From Macrostomum lignano (Eukaryota), in NCBI GenBank assembly GCA_002269645.1, contig NIVC01003584.1, positions 1 through 64,000 on the forward strand: DNA of 64,000 bases, given 5' to 3'. The first letter of the stretch is position 1, and the number at the start of each line of letters is the position of its first letter. The translations under genes were made by a program, and so were the position numbers. The notes under the pieces are model-generated. The model was given only the letters and a program-made list of their open reading frames with translations, did no database searches and was not told where the DNA came from. Positions 1 through 11,288 of the stretch are shown here, in pieces.

Positions 1-937
1 AAAGAAAAAAGAACTGTAATTTAAAATTTGCTATTAAAAGATGTCGATAAACTTTGCAGGTGAATCCATTTCTGGCAACAGCGTCTTACATCAGCTCAGA
101 TATCCATCCTTACAGGCGAATATATTCAACAGCGACGAAAGATCCCAGAGATCAAACTGAATAAAAACAGACTGAAAAGCCTAGAGCGCTCCATGCACCA
201 GTTGAAATAAACATGGAGATCTCAGGCTTAAGTAGCTAGGCAGAAGTTTGAAAGTGATAAGCTTTATGTGCCGTTGTTAAACGCAACTAATGAACTAAGG
301 TCAGAAATAACTTCGATAGTCTCGCTAATCAACGGCTTGAGATCATCAGTTAATCTTCTGGAAATTCCACTGATAGACGGATGCGTATTCTCGAAGGAGG
401 AGTTTTCACAAACACAGCTAAAGTAATAATTTAGAAGAGTTCATGAACCAGTCAACAGCGTTGCATGATAGAATTAAAGAAACGTCGCAACCAACACAGT
501 TAAAGTCAAATAATTAGAAGAGTTCATGAACTCAGTCAACATCGTTGCATGATCGAATCAAAGAAAGACTTGAAGCATTAAGAGAAAGGATGTATCACAC
601 AGTAGCTATCTAAACGGAATGTATAGCTCTTGGGTAAAATATAAGGAGGCTTGATCGTCTGGAGAGAACACTCAATCTTCGTGATATTGCTATTGATGAA
701 GCAGAATCTGCTGCTCGTCCGGTCATGTCTACAGATCGAGTAGAAGGAGCTCTGGACCCCGCCGGAGTAATCCGGCACGCTCTCAAACGTCAGCCGCCAG
801 CCGCTGCCTGCTGGACTCGCGATCCTCCGGCGTCACGAGAGCGCCTAGACAACCGGCGTGCAGATGGAATTATCAAAAAGAAACAGATCTTTCAACCGGA
901 TAGTTTTATAATTTTTTTATTTTTTCTAGAGAAAAAA

Positions 938-1653
938 ATGGCCCAACAAAATTCTCTATACGATCAGTCTCAATACGTTGAACCTAAAATACCGACAGCA
1001 CCAAACCAATGGCACCGAATTCGAACACACAAAGCCTGGCACCGAATCTGAATGCACCTCAATATGAGCAACAAAAACTCTACCCGTCATTACTTGTAAC
1101 TCTCACAGTTTCGACTGGTGGAGATTCAAAAATGCGCGATGATCTTGAAAAAAATATTTTCCACAACACAAAGAAAATTAAGCGCTATGACAACCACTGT
1201 AAATTTTTTCGACTACAGCAATATGATTCTAGGATCTGTGTCTGTTCTATCTGGATCTGCTGCAGCTGTCTCACGTTGCAGTCATCACAGCCCAATCGCA
1301 ATCCCGCTCGGCTCTGTGGGTGCTGCATGTGGACTTATTTCAGCAATTACTGGAGCAGTAGCGCGAAACAGGCGAAAAAAACTAAAGCAGCTACAGGAGA
1401 AGCAAGTAAAAGAGAAAGGGGTGCACACTTCAATCATAGGGTACATTTCAAGGCAATCGAGGATAAGTTCATTTCAGAGGATGAGTTCAAAACCATTCAG
1501 GATCTTTATGAACAATCAATTCGAATGAACTTGAACATGGTCGGTACTGATGACATGAGTCAGCTGAAAATGAACTCGAGAAAGTTTTCAACATTATGCG
1601 GAAAGAAATTCGGCAAGAAATCGGCAAGAAGGACGACGAGAAATGCACAATGA
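938..1653 (+). pseudogene. Frameshifted Polinton accessory protein with a two-helix hydrophobic core (resembles the membrane-active 'gasderminX'-type ORF of adintoviruses)
   Basis: Pieces across frames join as LYPSL...QFRLVEIQK/MRDDLEK...KKIKRY/NFFDYSNMILGSVSVLSGSAAAV...IPLGSVGAACGLISAITGAV.RNRRKKLK...SIIGYIS/KAIEDKFISEDEFKTI. Family assignment is from motif recall only. Confidence 0.5.
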
Positions 1654-1794
1654 ACCCTATGAAACACAGAACGAATAATTTCCTTGTAGGTCTTTCGTGT
1701 TTTGGTCATTGCATACAAAACAGTCATGCACAGCTCACCGCAAATATCACTGCTAAGACCTTGGAGAATAAAGTCTGAGCGATAAATTTTTTTA

Positions 1795-2054
1795 TTATTT
1801 TCCCTTCATATAATTTCTTAGCTCTTCTGGTACTGCCGTCCCATAGCTATCGAAGTAATAACACTTGTGCTTGCGATCGGATCAATCACCCAGCAAACCC
1901 AATGAGATCCTGGCTTATCGGTGGTGTCAAAGTTCATGATGCCGCATTCCTTTCATAGAGGAAAATCAGGCAGAGTGTCCCTCATAAATATTCCTCTAAA
2001 GTTTGGGATTTCCAGTTCGTTAGCCAAATCTTCAAGAAAGTTTTTTGTCGTCAT
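1795..2054 (-). pseudogene. Adenain-like (C5) cysteine protease, N-terminal half only, with a stop and a frameshift
   Basis: Manual translation: MTTKNFLEDLANELEIPNFRGIFMRDTLPDFPL*KECGIMNFDTTDKPGSHWVCW.../YYFDSYGTAVPEELRNYMKGK*. His and Asp motifs present; the catalytic Cys region is absent. Confidence 0.75.
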
Positions 2055-2138
2055 TTTTATGAGTTTTATTAAACTTTCTCTTAAATAAACTACTAATCTA
2101 ATCCTGCTAAACTATCTCCACAGTAACCTAACCAACTC

Positions 2139-5100
2139 CTAAAATGCCCGAAATCCACCTCCTAAACCTAATCTCCAGTGCCCGAACGGTAGACTGTTGA
2201 TATTGTCATCAAAAATGAATCTCTTGTTATCTGCACCTGACAGTCCAATCTTCTTTTGCTGAATTGTGTGAATAATATGGTTTTTAGATTGTAGCTTTGA
2301 GAACTCATGTGATGTCTTTTTGTTGCAATTCAAGGCGTCTCTGTATTCAGCTTCATTAATTTCCTTCCTAACACACGTTTCGGAATTCCCTTTGATTTTT
2401 TAATTGGGTCTGACGACTCACATTTTACAAAATAGGACTTTGCTCTCAACCCAATGAATTCAGTGATTATGTCACCAGCAATCTCGTCCTTCATTTTCCC
2501 AATCACTTTCTTGTTAGTGGCGTCAAACACTTGATCGCCATTCTGTGTCCTGCAAGATTCATCATACTCAGACAAGTCAAACAAATCTTTTTGCTGCAGC
2601 ATGTCCTGATAAATGTCTTCTGTTTGAATGTCCATAATAAAACTGTCTGTGTCAGTGTACAAGAGTTTCATTTTATCCTTGTACTGCTGCTTCATGCCAT
2701 AGAAGAACTGGTACATCAGACGTTTTGATTCGTCGAGAACAGTGACACCTGTATAGATCGGCTTGCGCAGCGTCACCTTGGTTTTGTAAAATATGATCAC
2801 ACCTAAGTAGCTATTAAAGATATGGAGTTCTTTGAATGTTGGCTTTGACATATTTGCCTGAATAACAGCAGGCTCTGATGAGGTAACAAGTTTCAGGTTT
2901 GTTCTTTTCCGCTCATTCTCAAGAGTCTTGCCATAGACAGAGTTGTTGGCCAACTTAAAGAGGTTCTTGTCAAAGTCGTTGGTTGCTTTGGTCCTAAACT
3001 GGGTGTTCTTATCAATGTAGGGTTTCATCCACGCTTCCTCTGTAAATGTAAGAGCCCTGTGAACTTTGGTGACCTGCAACCAAGTGAGATAAAATACTGA
3101 AGCAGTTTGTAATGGATTTTGTAACGTGTCTTGTTGTTTAGATTCTGTGTTAGTTTCTCTGTATGTTCTTTTTCTGTTCCTGACAGGTGCCAAGTTCCAT
3201 TAATATCATTGGGAGTTTCGATTATTTTCGGGCACTTGATGTTCTCTGGGAAGGGTGGAAAGTCAGAGAAATAGTCGTGAAGCTCTGGTGGGATGTAAAC
3301 ATCAACCTCATAAATGGCAGCCAATGAAAAGTCCCACTTAGTGATGAGGGTAGCCATCGAAAATCTCTAACTGGAAGATCTTGACTCATCGCCCACCCGT
3401 AGAGATTATTAGCGTCCAAGTAAGTAATGTAGTTTGAGGGCTGCTCCTTATTGTAAGATTCAATGTAGGGATTGTTTGCTTTTGCATACCTGTTAACGCA
3501 AATTGAGATTCCCCCTCGCTTTGACGATTCGACAAAATTGTACATGTCAATGTCTGTAAGAAGTTCAATGTACCAATCTGGATCTTGATCCCATTTCATT
3601 TTAAGCAAAGATTCCCAGCTAGTGGCAGGCAGAGACACATAATGTGCTGGATCGAGGCCATATGCTGTGTACCAGGTGTATCTGAAGGTTTCAAACACAT
3701 CAGCCAGCAGAAACACATCTGTGAAGAGGTAAAGCAGGTGATACTGGAAGAAGTTTTGACAATTAAAGTAATTATAGACATGCTTCGCGTGCTCATAGTC
3801 TTTGTCAGAGATTCCAGAGTCTGTTAGCTTTGAAAAGAACTTTTCTTGTGGTGGTAAACCTTCTTCAAAAACATGATACCCAGTAATATTCTCATAGGGG
3901 TAGAAGCCTTTCTTTCTTAAAAGTTTAAATGATTCATCACTGTTGTTAATTTTACTTGCAAACATCTTTGTATATGTACATTGTTCATCTTTTAGATTCT
4001 TGCTTAGTTCGTCTAGACTGGCAGCTAGAAATTGATATGAATCCTTCAGTCTTATTTTACCTGTACCCGAATTATCCTGTTTAATATCAACACACTTAAA
4101 CTTCTCCTTGTTCTCTGCGATGCAGTCAAGGTGTATGTCTGGAATCATGCCGATTTTTTCAACTATTAAATGCATGTCATAGTTCTTTGCGTTGTGACAA
4201 AATATCGTTAGATCATGAATGTTCGATTTTAGCTTTAGATTACAGGTGTTATGCGCTGCACCTCTAAATTTCCCAGTAAAGTGGCAGTGGTCCCTAACGG
4301 TGGGGTTTTTAATATTAGTGCAAGTTAAATGTTTCCTGCAGATGTGGCAATGAGTTGCTGATAGGAAATTGCTTTCATCCTCCTCAGTCATCATTATTGG
4401 AACAGGTTGAAGGGTGCTAATCACTTTTTGCAACTCTAACATTCTGGCAATAAACTGCTCCACACACTGCTCTCCAAAGAAATAATTATACTCAACAAGT
4501 CCTTTTGTATTAATAAAGGCATATGCTACTGAATTGGGGATATGTTTTTGAGTTTGAGTTTGTTTTTGAGTTGGAGTTTGTTTTGAGTTGGAGTTTGTTT
4601 TTGAGTTTCTGGCACGATTGAGCATTCGAAATCAGCATATACAACAAATGGGAGCTTCTCCATCTTGTGATAGTTCTTAAACCGGAGATACTTCTCTTCA
4701 GCTGAAGGAAGAGAGCAGTTGTCGGGTGATCCTCGCATGATAATTCATGCTCTGCTAGTTTTTCAAAGCGCTCAGGTCCACTGTAATGCTTAAGGCACAA
4801 GCGACAGATGGCAACAGCCTCGTGATGATTATTCAACTGCTTGTGAATGAGTCTTGAGAGATCTTTAATCCAAACATAGTGAGCCTCCTCTAGTAAATTA
4901 CCAATCACTAGAAGATCCACTTCAGTCCGCCTTTTCCCCTCAGGATCTAAAACGTCTTTGCTACATCTGACCGGTTGAACTTTCTCAGTTTTTTCACTCC
5001 ACTCAAAGACTGTGATTCTAATTTTGTTATTAAACACTTCTTCTAGCTTAGGGATCTGAGAGATCGCCAAGCCTCCTTTGTCAAACCTGATTCCCTTCTT

Positions 5101-6021
5101 TTCGCATTCGATGAGATAGTAGTTGAAATAATTTTGATAATTTGAGGTTCTTTCGGGGTGGTGAGGGACACTATCATGAAGAAGTGCAGAAAGAACTGCC
5201 CATAGAGCACAGCAATTGTCTTTATTTTTAACATTTATGCAAGCTTTTTTACCGGCTAGCTTATGCGGGAGCTCTATATAAGAGGAGGCTTTAAGTGGGT
5301 CATATTTCATGACCATGACAGTCGCTCTTTGAATCCCTCCCACGACCCATCCGGAACCTCTGGATGTAAACGCTTCAATTTTCTTAGTGACATCTTGAAG
5401 GAAAGGATCCAGTGTGTCAGTAGGGGTGAATGGCTTTGCCTTTGTTGTCATGTAATACTCGAGATGCTCAGTGGGTTTTGCAGGCATATAAAACGCAATC
5501 TTGAATGATATCTGTAGTTTAAAGGTCTTGCGTGTTTTGAGTGTGTGATCAACAACTGATTGGATGCTGTCTTTATAGTCGTAGATGTTTGCGGTGGTAC
5601 CGTTGGTGCCGTTAATTGGGATTGTGTACTCTATGTAATGTTCTGTAAACTTCCTCTGTGCAAAATTAATCTCTTCAGTGGCAAGCTCCGACTCTTTTAA
5701 ATGGATTAATTGCTCTAATTTCTCTTGTTCCTGCTTATTTTGTGGGTACTTTGCTTTTTCACCAGTGAGAGTTTCATATTTGTTAACTAAGTTGCGACTC
5801 CTCTCTTGGTGTTCCTTTGCAGGATTTTGTATAGGCGCATATTGGTTGGATTCTAATTGTTTGATGATTTCCAACTGTTTTTCATAGCTTCCCAGGTGAC
5901 CAGGGTCGGTGTTGAACTTTTGTTTGCATGCTTCTCTTAGTGAATTACTTTTGTCTTGAAATGAGACGCCTTTTGAAAAGTATTTGTTGACTAAATCTTT
6001 TGCTGGATTGGCTTTTGGCAT
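2139..6021 (-). pseudogene. polB: Protein-primed family B DNA polymerase of Polinton type, with an endonuclease VII-like Zn module; five apparent -1 frameshifts
   Basis: Overlapping ORFs 4510-6060, 4526-4738, 3222-4625, 3025-3357, 2330-3193, 2139-2333 contain YADFEC, CHIC..RDHCH.TGKFRGAAHNTCN, FKCVDI..LKDSYQFL, YLDANNLYGWAM, KLANNSVYGK, YTDTDS, KVIGKMKDE and DNKR. Confidence 0.9.
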
Positions 6022-6143
6022 TTTTTCTCGAAAATATAAAAAAATTTTGAGGGTGACCACCCTGATAGAAAAGTTGAATTGTTTCTACATCCTATCAGTA
6101 GTATTAGGTTTATGAAGCTGGATAAAGGGGGTTTTAAACCTCA

Positions 6144-6599
6144 TCACATCCGCATTATTGTAAACCCAGCATTGTGCAGTGTCATGATTGCTTTGACAAT
6201 GTCAGACTTGCTTACAGAATTTTCATGCTCACAATCATCACGATCATCAAAATCAGGGCAACCATCTCCTGCCTTAATTGTTATACCTTTGTCTCTTGCA
6301 ATCTTTTGCAATTCTAGCTGGTGAGCTCTATCATTCCCAGCTTTAACAGCAGTTGCTACACCTCCAGCTACACCACCTGCGGCACTTACAGCGCCTGCAA
6401 TAATCGGAATAAGAGCTGCTAATGGTAGGATTCCTCCTGACTTTTCATCTGTGATGCTGTGTCTTTGTTCATTACACTGAACTATTTGCTGCGTGGGATC
6501 GATTTTTACTTTGATACCTTTAATTGATATAAGACCTGGTTTCTTTGATTCAATGATTTTATTGAGTTTATTGATGGTTCTGGTTTCAATCTTTGTCAT
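6144..6599 (-). CDS. Adenovirus pX-like / amphipathic virion protein
   Basis: SGGILPLAALIPIIAGAVSAAGGVAGG resembles the GGILPLLIPLIAAAIGA motif of adenovirus pX; intact 151-aa ORF. Confidence 0.65.
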   Translation of the reverse strand: MTKIETRTINKLNKIIESKKPGLISIKGIKVKIDPTQQIVQCNEQRHSITDEKSGGILPLAALIPIIAGAVSAAGGVAGGVATAVKAGNDRAHQLELQKIARDKGITIKAGDGCPDFDDRDDCEHENSVSKSDIVKAIMTLHNAGFTIMRM

Positions 6600-6615
6600 T
6601 TTTTATTTTAATATT

Positions 6616-7650
6616 TTAATTAATTTCTGTGTCAGCCGGTATCACTAGGAGTTCAGCTCTAGTGAATGACCGCGTGGGGGATTTAGGGTTAAAGGCCTGA
6701 GATAAAAAGTAATAGTCACCGGAGTCGGAGGTAAAATGTCTGTCTATTTTATGTACATCAAGGCTGAAGTATGGATCTGTAGCTCTTCTTTTGGTGTCCT
6801 TCTCTAGCTCTCCAGGTAGATATAAAAAGCGTAGAAACTCAGAGTTTGTCAGTATGTATGGTGATTCAACTCCTGGAAGCTTAGGGTAGTTTGAGGTGTG
6901 TTTTGTGTTGTGTGTGTTGTGTGTGTTGTGTGTGTTGTCTGTTTTATGAGATGCCTTAAGTTCGACAGTGTCTTGTTTAATTGCATGGGACGGTTTCAAT
7001 CCAGTCATGCGTGTGACTTCATTGTTCAGTTGCTCTATAACAGTGGGGAGTCTTTCTGTCCACTTGGTATAGTACTGCCCCGCACTCAGTTTGAGTTCTT
7101 GCGCTGTCTGCTTAGTGAATAGTCTCTTGGCTAGAGTTAGATTGAATCTTTCCACAAAAGCCTGGTCTCTGTGCAAGTTTGTTCTGCCATAGCGAATCTC
7201 TGTGTTTTTCTTTTCCATAAGGGATTTCACTACACCCATGAATTCCTTACCCGGGTCGGTCATAAAGATTTGGGGGTATGTGAGCGGAGAGTTTTTATAA
7301 AAATCTTGCAGTGCGCTGGCAACAACCTCTGACTTCTTCGTCTTGAGTGGGCGAGCTTCCTTATATCTGGAAGCAATGTCAATAATTGTAAGAGCATACT
7401 TGTAGCCTGAGTCGTTGGGGAGAAACAAAAGATCTGCTTGGTGCGCTTCATTAGGTTTATAGATGCTAAAGTGAGGTCTTGTAAATTTTACTGGTGGGAA
7501 ATAGACTTGAAAGACAGCCTGCTTAGAGAGCCACTTTTCTACTTTAGCTTTTGGTTCCTTACTTAGTTCTGCGAGTTTGGTGACTGCATTTTTTCCTACA
7601 AAGAATCCTTTGTCGCTGTAGTAGAGCTTTTGAAGTTTCTGATCTGTCAT
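6616..7650 (-). CDS. Polinton retroviral-like (rve/DDE) integrase
   Basis: Intact 344 aa with HQADLL...IIDIASRY, TDPGKEF and FVERFNLTL (D-D-E). Confidence 0.92.
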   Translation of the reverse strand: MTDQKLQKLYYSDKGFFVGKNAVTKLAELSKEPKAKVEKWLSKQAVFQVYFPPVKFTRPHFSIYKPNEAHQADLLFLPNDSGYKYALTIIDIASRYKEARPLKTKKSEVVASALQDFYKNSPLTYPQIFMTDPGKEFMGVVKSLMEKKNTEIRYGRTNLHRDQAFVERFNLTLAKRLFTKQTAQELKLSAGQYYTKWTERLPTVIEQLNNEVTRMTGLKPSHAIKQDTVELKASHKTDNTHNTHNTHNTKHTSNYPKLPGVESPYILTNSEFLRFLYLPGELEKDTKRRATDPYFSLDVHKIDRHFTSDSGDYYFLSQAFNPKSPTRSFTRAELLVIPADTEIN

Positions 7651-7680
7651 TTATTTAAAAAGAAAATTTAAAATAAAATA

Positions 7681-8130
7681 ATGCAGCGCTCTGGTGGTAA
7701 AATAGATTCACATGGACTGATAGAAAAGCTTCCTCATCCAAACAAAGGCTGGACACTTCCCGGCTATAAATATTGCGGGCCTTTGAATCCACTTGAAATA
7801 CAGCTGGATGGAAACAACAACCCAAATCCTGGGCATGAGCCTGTGAACGAGCTAGACTCTGTCTGCATGTGGCACGACGTTAAATATAGAGATTTTCCTG
7901 AGGAGAAGAATCGTTGGGACAAAGAAATGCTTAAGAGACTAGACAATATGGGGAATTCGAGCGGGTGGAAGGAATCGATCGCTCGGAAGCTAGTTAAAGC
8001 TGTTATTTTTAGTAAGACAAAATTGGGGTTGGGGGTTGAAGGCGAGGGTGGGGTGGGTTTTGCATTGCACGCACCAATTAAAGAATTAGGAAGACTGCTG
8101 AAAGAGCTGGGGGTTGAGAGAGCAGAATGA
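7681..8130 (+). CDS. Parvovirus VP1u-type phospholipase A2 domain protein
   Basis: LPGYKYCGPLN (Ca-binding loop) and NELDSVCMWHDVKY (catalytic HD); intact 149 aa. Confidence 0.88.
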   Translation: MQRSGGKIDSHGLIEKLPHPNKGWTLPGYKYCGPLNPLEIQLDGNNNPNPGHEPVNELDSVCMWHDVKYRDFPEEKNRWDKEMLKRLDNMGNSSGWKESIARKLVKAVIFSKTKLGLGVEGEGGVGFALHAPIKELGRLLKELGVERAE

Positions 8131-8303
8131 TTCAAGCAAGAAAATTCAGCTGGACTGAGTGGGTGTTTGGGAGAAGAGAGAACCGAGAGGGGGATTTGCA
8201 TTGCACACGCCAAATAGAGACTGCGTACATCGCAGTCTGCACGGGACGAAATTTGGTGTTCAAAGGGGTGAGGGCAGCCACACAAAGGATTGCATTCCTT
8301 TCT

Positions 8304-8364
8304 GTCAGAATTCTGACTAGCTGACGGAAATTTGCCGCGTTTCTGCAAATTTCCGTCAGCTGAC
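8304..8364. other. Cluster of palindromes/hairpin in Polinton non-coding DNA
   Basis: GTCAGAATTCTGAC perfect palindrome (8304-8317); 16-bp stem AGCTGACGGAAATTTG/CAAATTTCCGTCAGCT with an 11-nt loop (8319-8361). Confidence 0.8.
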
Positions 8365-9029
8365 AGATATTTGACGCAATAAAACACTCACCATTTACTA
8401 TAAGTAGTTTTTTCCTAACCCTAACCTCTGTAGCTGGAGGACAGATGGTGGTAGAGAAACCGAATCCAGTGAAAAGAGTTGTATTGAGTAATAAGGAGAT
8501 TCACGAGATTGTGCTACAGTTTGAGACTGAAGATGGGGTGGGTGTTGATTTCAACTGTGAAGAGTTTGTATTGACGTTGATCATTGAGAGAATGTAAGAA
8601 ATCACAATTGCCTAATGATTTCTGCAAAGTTATAATTGCTGTCGTAATCGTTAATGACTACTCCATACTTATGAAACCAGTGTCTTTGAAGAGCTAGATT
8701 AATATTAGGGACATTGATATCAACGTTGGGTCAATATTTTCTCATGTACTCGCTGCATTCCTTCTTGCATTGGTACTTGCTCTTGTAATTAGGCTCGTGC
8801 GCTTTGTAATAAGAACCTGGAGAGATGATTGGAAGCATTTTTATTAAAAATTTAATTTTTTTCGGAGGATGAGCACCCTGCGCTGATAATTTAAAGTCTT
8901 TGGGATGCGTTGCGAATTGCAAATTGAATATGGGGAGAAGAATGCAGATTTTTTTCTAATTGTTTCGAAGATGCTATGGGTGGATGTCAGTGTCAGTGAG
9001 CATAACAGGTATCAGTGGACACCTGCTCT

Positions 9030-9389
9030 GATTCTGTCAGGGATAATGCTCTGATTCTGTCAGGGATAATATGGATGGATTTAATAGGATTATGTTCGAA
9101 GTTTTCGGAGCAAGTGCGACCCCTCCCCTTTTTTCAAGATTCTGTCAGGGATAATATGGATAGATTTAGGTGGATTATGGAGGACGTTTTGTGAGCGAGT
9201 GCGACCCCCCTTTTTTTCTGATTCTGTCGGGGATAATATGGATGGATTTAGGTGGATTATGGAGGACGTTTTGTGAGCGAGTGCGACCCCCCTTATTTTC
9301 TGATTCTGTCGGGGATAATATGGATGGATTTGGGTGGATTATAGAGGACGTGAAAATTTTGTCCCAGAAGCCCCCTCATGCCTTCTACT
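9030..9389. repeat. Polinton terminal region with about four 82-bp tandem units (putative TIR)
   Basis: GATTCTGTC(A/G)GGGATAATATGGATGG recurs near 9054, 9138, 9220 and 9302; terminal CTACT. Confidence 0.65.
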
Positions 9390-10363
9390 ACGGCTTAATA
9401 AGCCTTAAAAGAGTTAGTAACCAGTTAATGAAACAGCGCTTGCAAAGCTTGCAGGAGTAGAATTAGTTTAGTGATTGCTGATTATTTATCGATTATGTTA
9501 AAATATCAACTCTCAGTGTCAGAAAACAATAGGGGGAAGTCCGCAAATGACTAAAAACTTTCATTGCAATGAACTGAGGAATTATATTGATACAAAAAGT
9601 ACTTCAAAGAATCAAGTTCGCAATTCTGTCTTGACTAAATAAATTTCACCAGTACAAACCACTAAATTAAATTGAATTAAAAAGTGCATTGAAAGGTGAG
9701 TACTCGTAAGTGTCGGGCTTCAAAACAGAAATGTAAAATCCTGTGTCCTTTGCAAAAAACTGAAAGTGTGCAGAATTCGGCGGCCAGCCGCTTGTATCCG
9801 AGTAGCAGGACAGTTGAGTCTTCAAAAGATTACAAAGCTGCTGTTTGAGAGGGAACCAAAGGCAATAAATAACTATAACACGCCAATCAATTTCTCTGGT
9901 TTTGAATCCTGACAAAAATATCCAAAGGCAATAAATAACTATAACACGCCAATCAATTTCTCTGGTTTTGAATCCTGACAAAAATATCCGATTGCACGTA
10001 AAACTACTCTGTTCTAATCAACAATTAACAGAACAAAAGCAGAAATCGAATGCCTAACACACAGAAGTGCATTCGCAAAGATTATAAAGGAAAGTACATA
10101 AAAACATTTTGGTAAAAGTAAAAAAGGTTTAGCATTTTCGGATGAGAAGCAAAAATAGTTTTGCGTTCAATTTCGGCCAGTTGATTTCAGACGCAGACGT
10201 CTACAGTTGTTAGTACTTTGAGTACTTTTGAGTACTTTAAAGTCTTTGAGTAGGCTTAGGTATGCTTGCTAGTTGACACTGTTTGTTTTGATCTGCCTCT
10301 AAATTTCGGTTCTTACAGCTCGTCTGCTCTGCTCAGCTGCACCAGCGCCTGCTTCATTCGCAC

Positions 10364-11186
10364 TCAGCCACGGACAAAGAAGTCGCCGCTGCTTTCGCTG
10401 CTGAAGGCGGCCGGGACCGCAGCATACTCCAGCAGGTGGCACAGGCGCTGCTGCTGGCTGAAGATCACCGCCTGGCAACCGGAACCTTTACTGGAGCACA
10501 GAGACACGCACTGGATCCGACTCGGAGCGCTCACAGTGGTAAAGTTCGGCGCATCAGGGATGCTGAGATCGACGAAGGTCCGGTTGCCGCGAACAAAGAA
10601 GTCGTTACCTTCGATTTGCAATGAAATAATTTGAATTTGAGCGATTCGCCACTAAAAGGCATCTGATTGTCTGCTTAAAAGTTTGTTTGTCTGTCGCCAA
10701 AATCCGATGCAGCAACATACGAAGGCCAAAAATTAAACAAGTGGCCACCAGCAGCAGCAACTCACCGTTGGTGTAGCTCAGCCGGAGCACCCGGTTTCGC
10801 CAGTCGCCTCCGCAGTTCTGGCCCGAGTTTCCACTGCAGGCATGGGTGCAGTCCAAGTCGGGAGCAACGCCCTGCGACCCGTAGGAGTTGCCGCAGAAGC
10901 ACCATCTCGTGGTTTGCAGAGCCGCGAACTGGAAGCCTCCAAGAGCGCAGACGCTGCTGCACACCTCGCGAGTCATCTGGACGCATTTGATAGAATTATC
11001 TATCTGAGATACCTCGGAGCTGCCGATCCGTGTGAGGCCAATGTTCTTCATGTCACCGACGTCTCTCACGCCATTCGTGCCGTCAACGAAGCAGCCGAGG
11101 TCCGAGATCTGGAACTCCCGGCAGAGAGCGGCGCAGATCAGGCAGCTCAGGATCGGAGCAGTACAGAGAATCCTGCAGAGAGGCAT
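10364..11186 (-). CDS. Secreted signal peptide-WSC-PAN/Apple protein, copy A (exons 11186-10766, 10608-10364)
   Basis: Hydrophobic N-terminus; 8-Cys WSC pattern (GCF.D..MT..C...C..FAALQ...C.CG...C...C.G...CGG..R); phase-1 GTGAGT/AAG intron joins YTN-G-NDFF in frame to a 4-Cys PAN-like exon. Confidence 0.85.
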
Positions 11187-11274
11187 GGCCAGGCTGGGTT
11201 TGTCAGTGTGGCATTAAGCAGAAGATTGCCGAATCTCTGTGCGAGAGGCTAAATAACAGCAGCCTTATTGATGC

Positions 11275-11288
11275 GTTGCCATGGAGAC
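11275..11288 (-). promoter_or_regulatory. RFX X-box-like motif upstream of copy A
   Basis: GTCTCCATGGCAAC fits GTHNYY-AT-RRNAAC; about 90 bp upstream of the ATG. Confidence 0.5.

Larger units (their letters stand above)
1..9389. mobile_element. Polinton/Maverick (adintovirus-like) element, right portion; left end lies outside the window
   Basis: Clustered pPolB, rve integrase, adenain-like protease, PLA2 and pX-like ORFs. Ends in ...CCTTCTACT at 9389, where identity to the duplicated host flank at 14626 begins. Confidence 0.9.

Noticed and set aside
9667-9981. ORF repeated at 14902-15150 and antisense ORFs over WSC, ASL and HEAT exons
   Set aside because: No domain features; conserved only because the DNA is duplicated, or open because GC-rich exons lack antisense stops.
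10364-10621. PAN ORFs as separate genes or a bicistronic pair with WSC
   Set aside because: A canonical phase-1 intron joins them in frame in all five copies, and the PAN ORFs have no true ATG.
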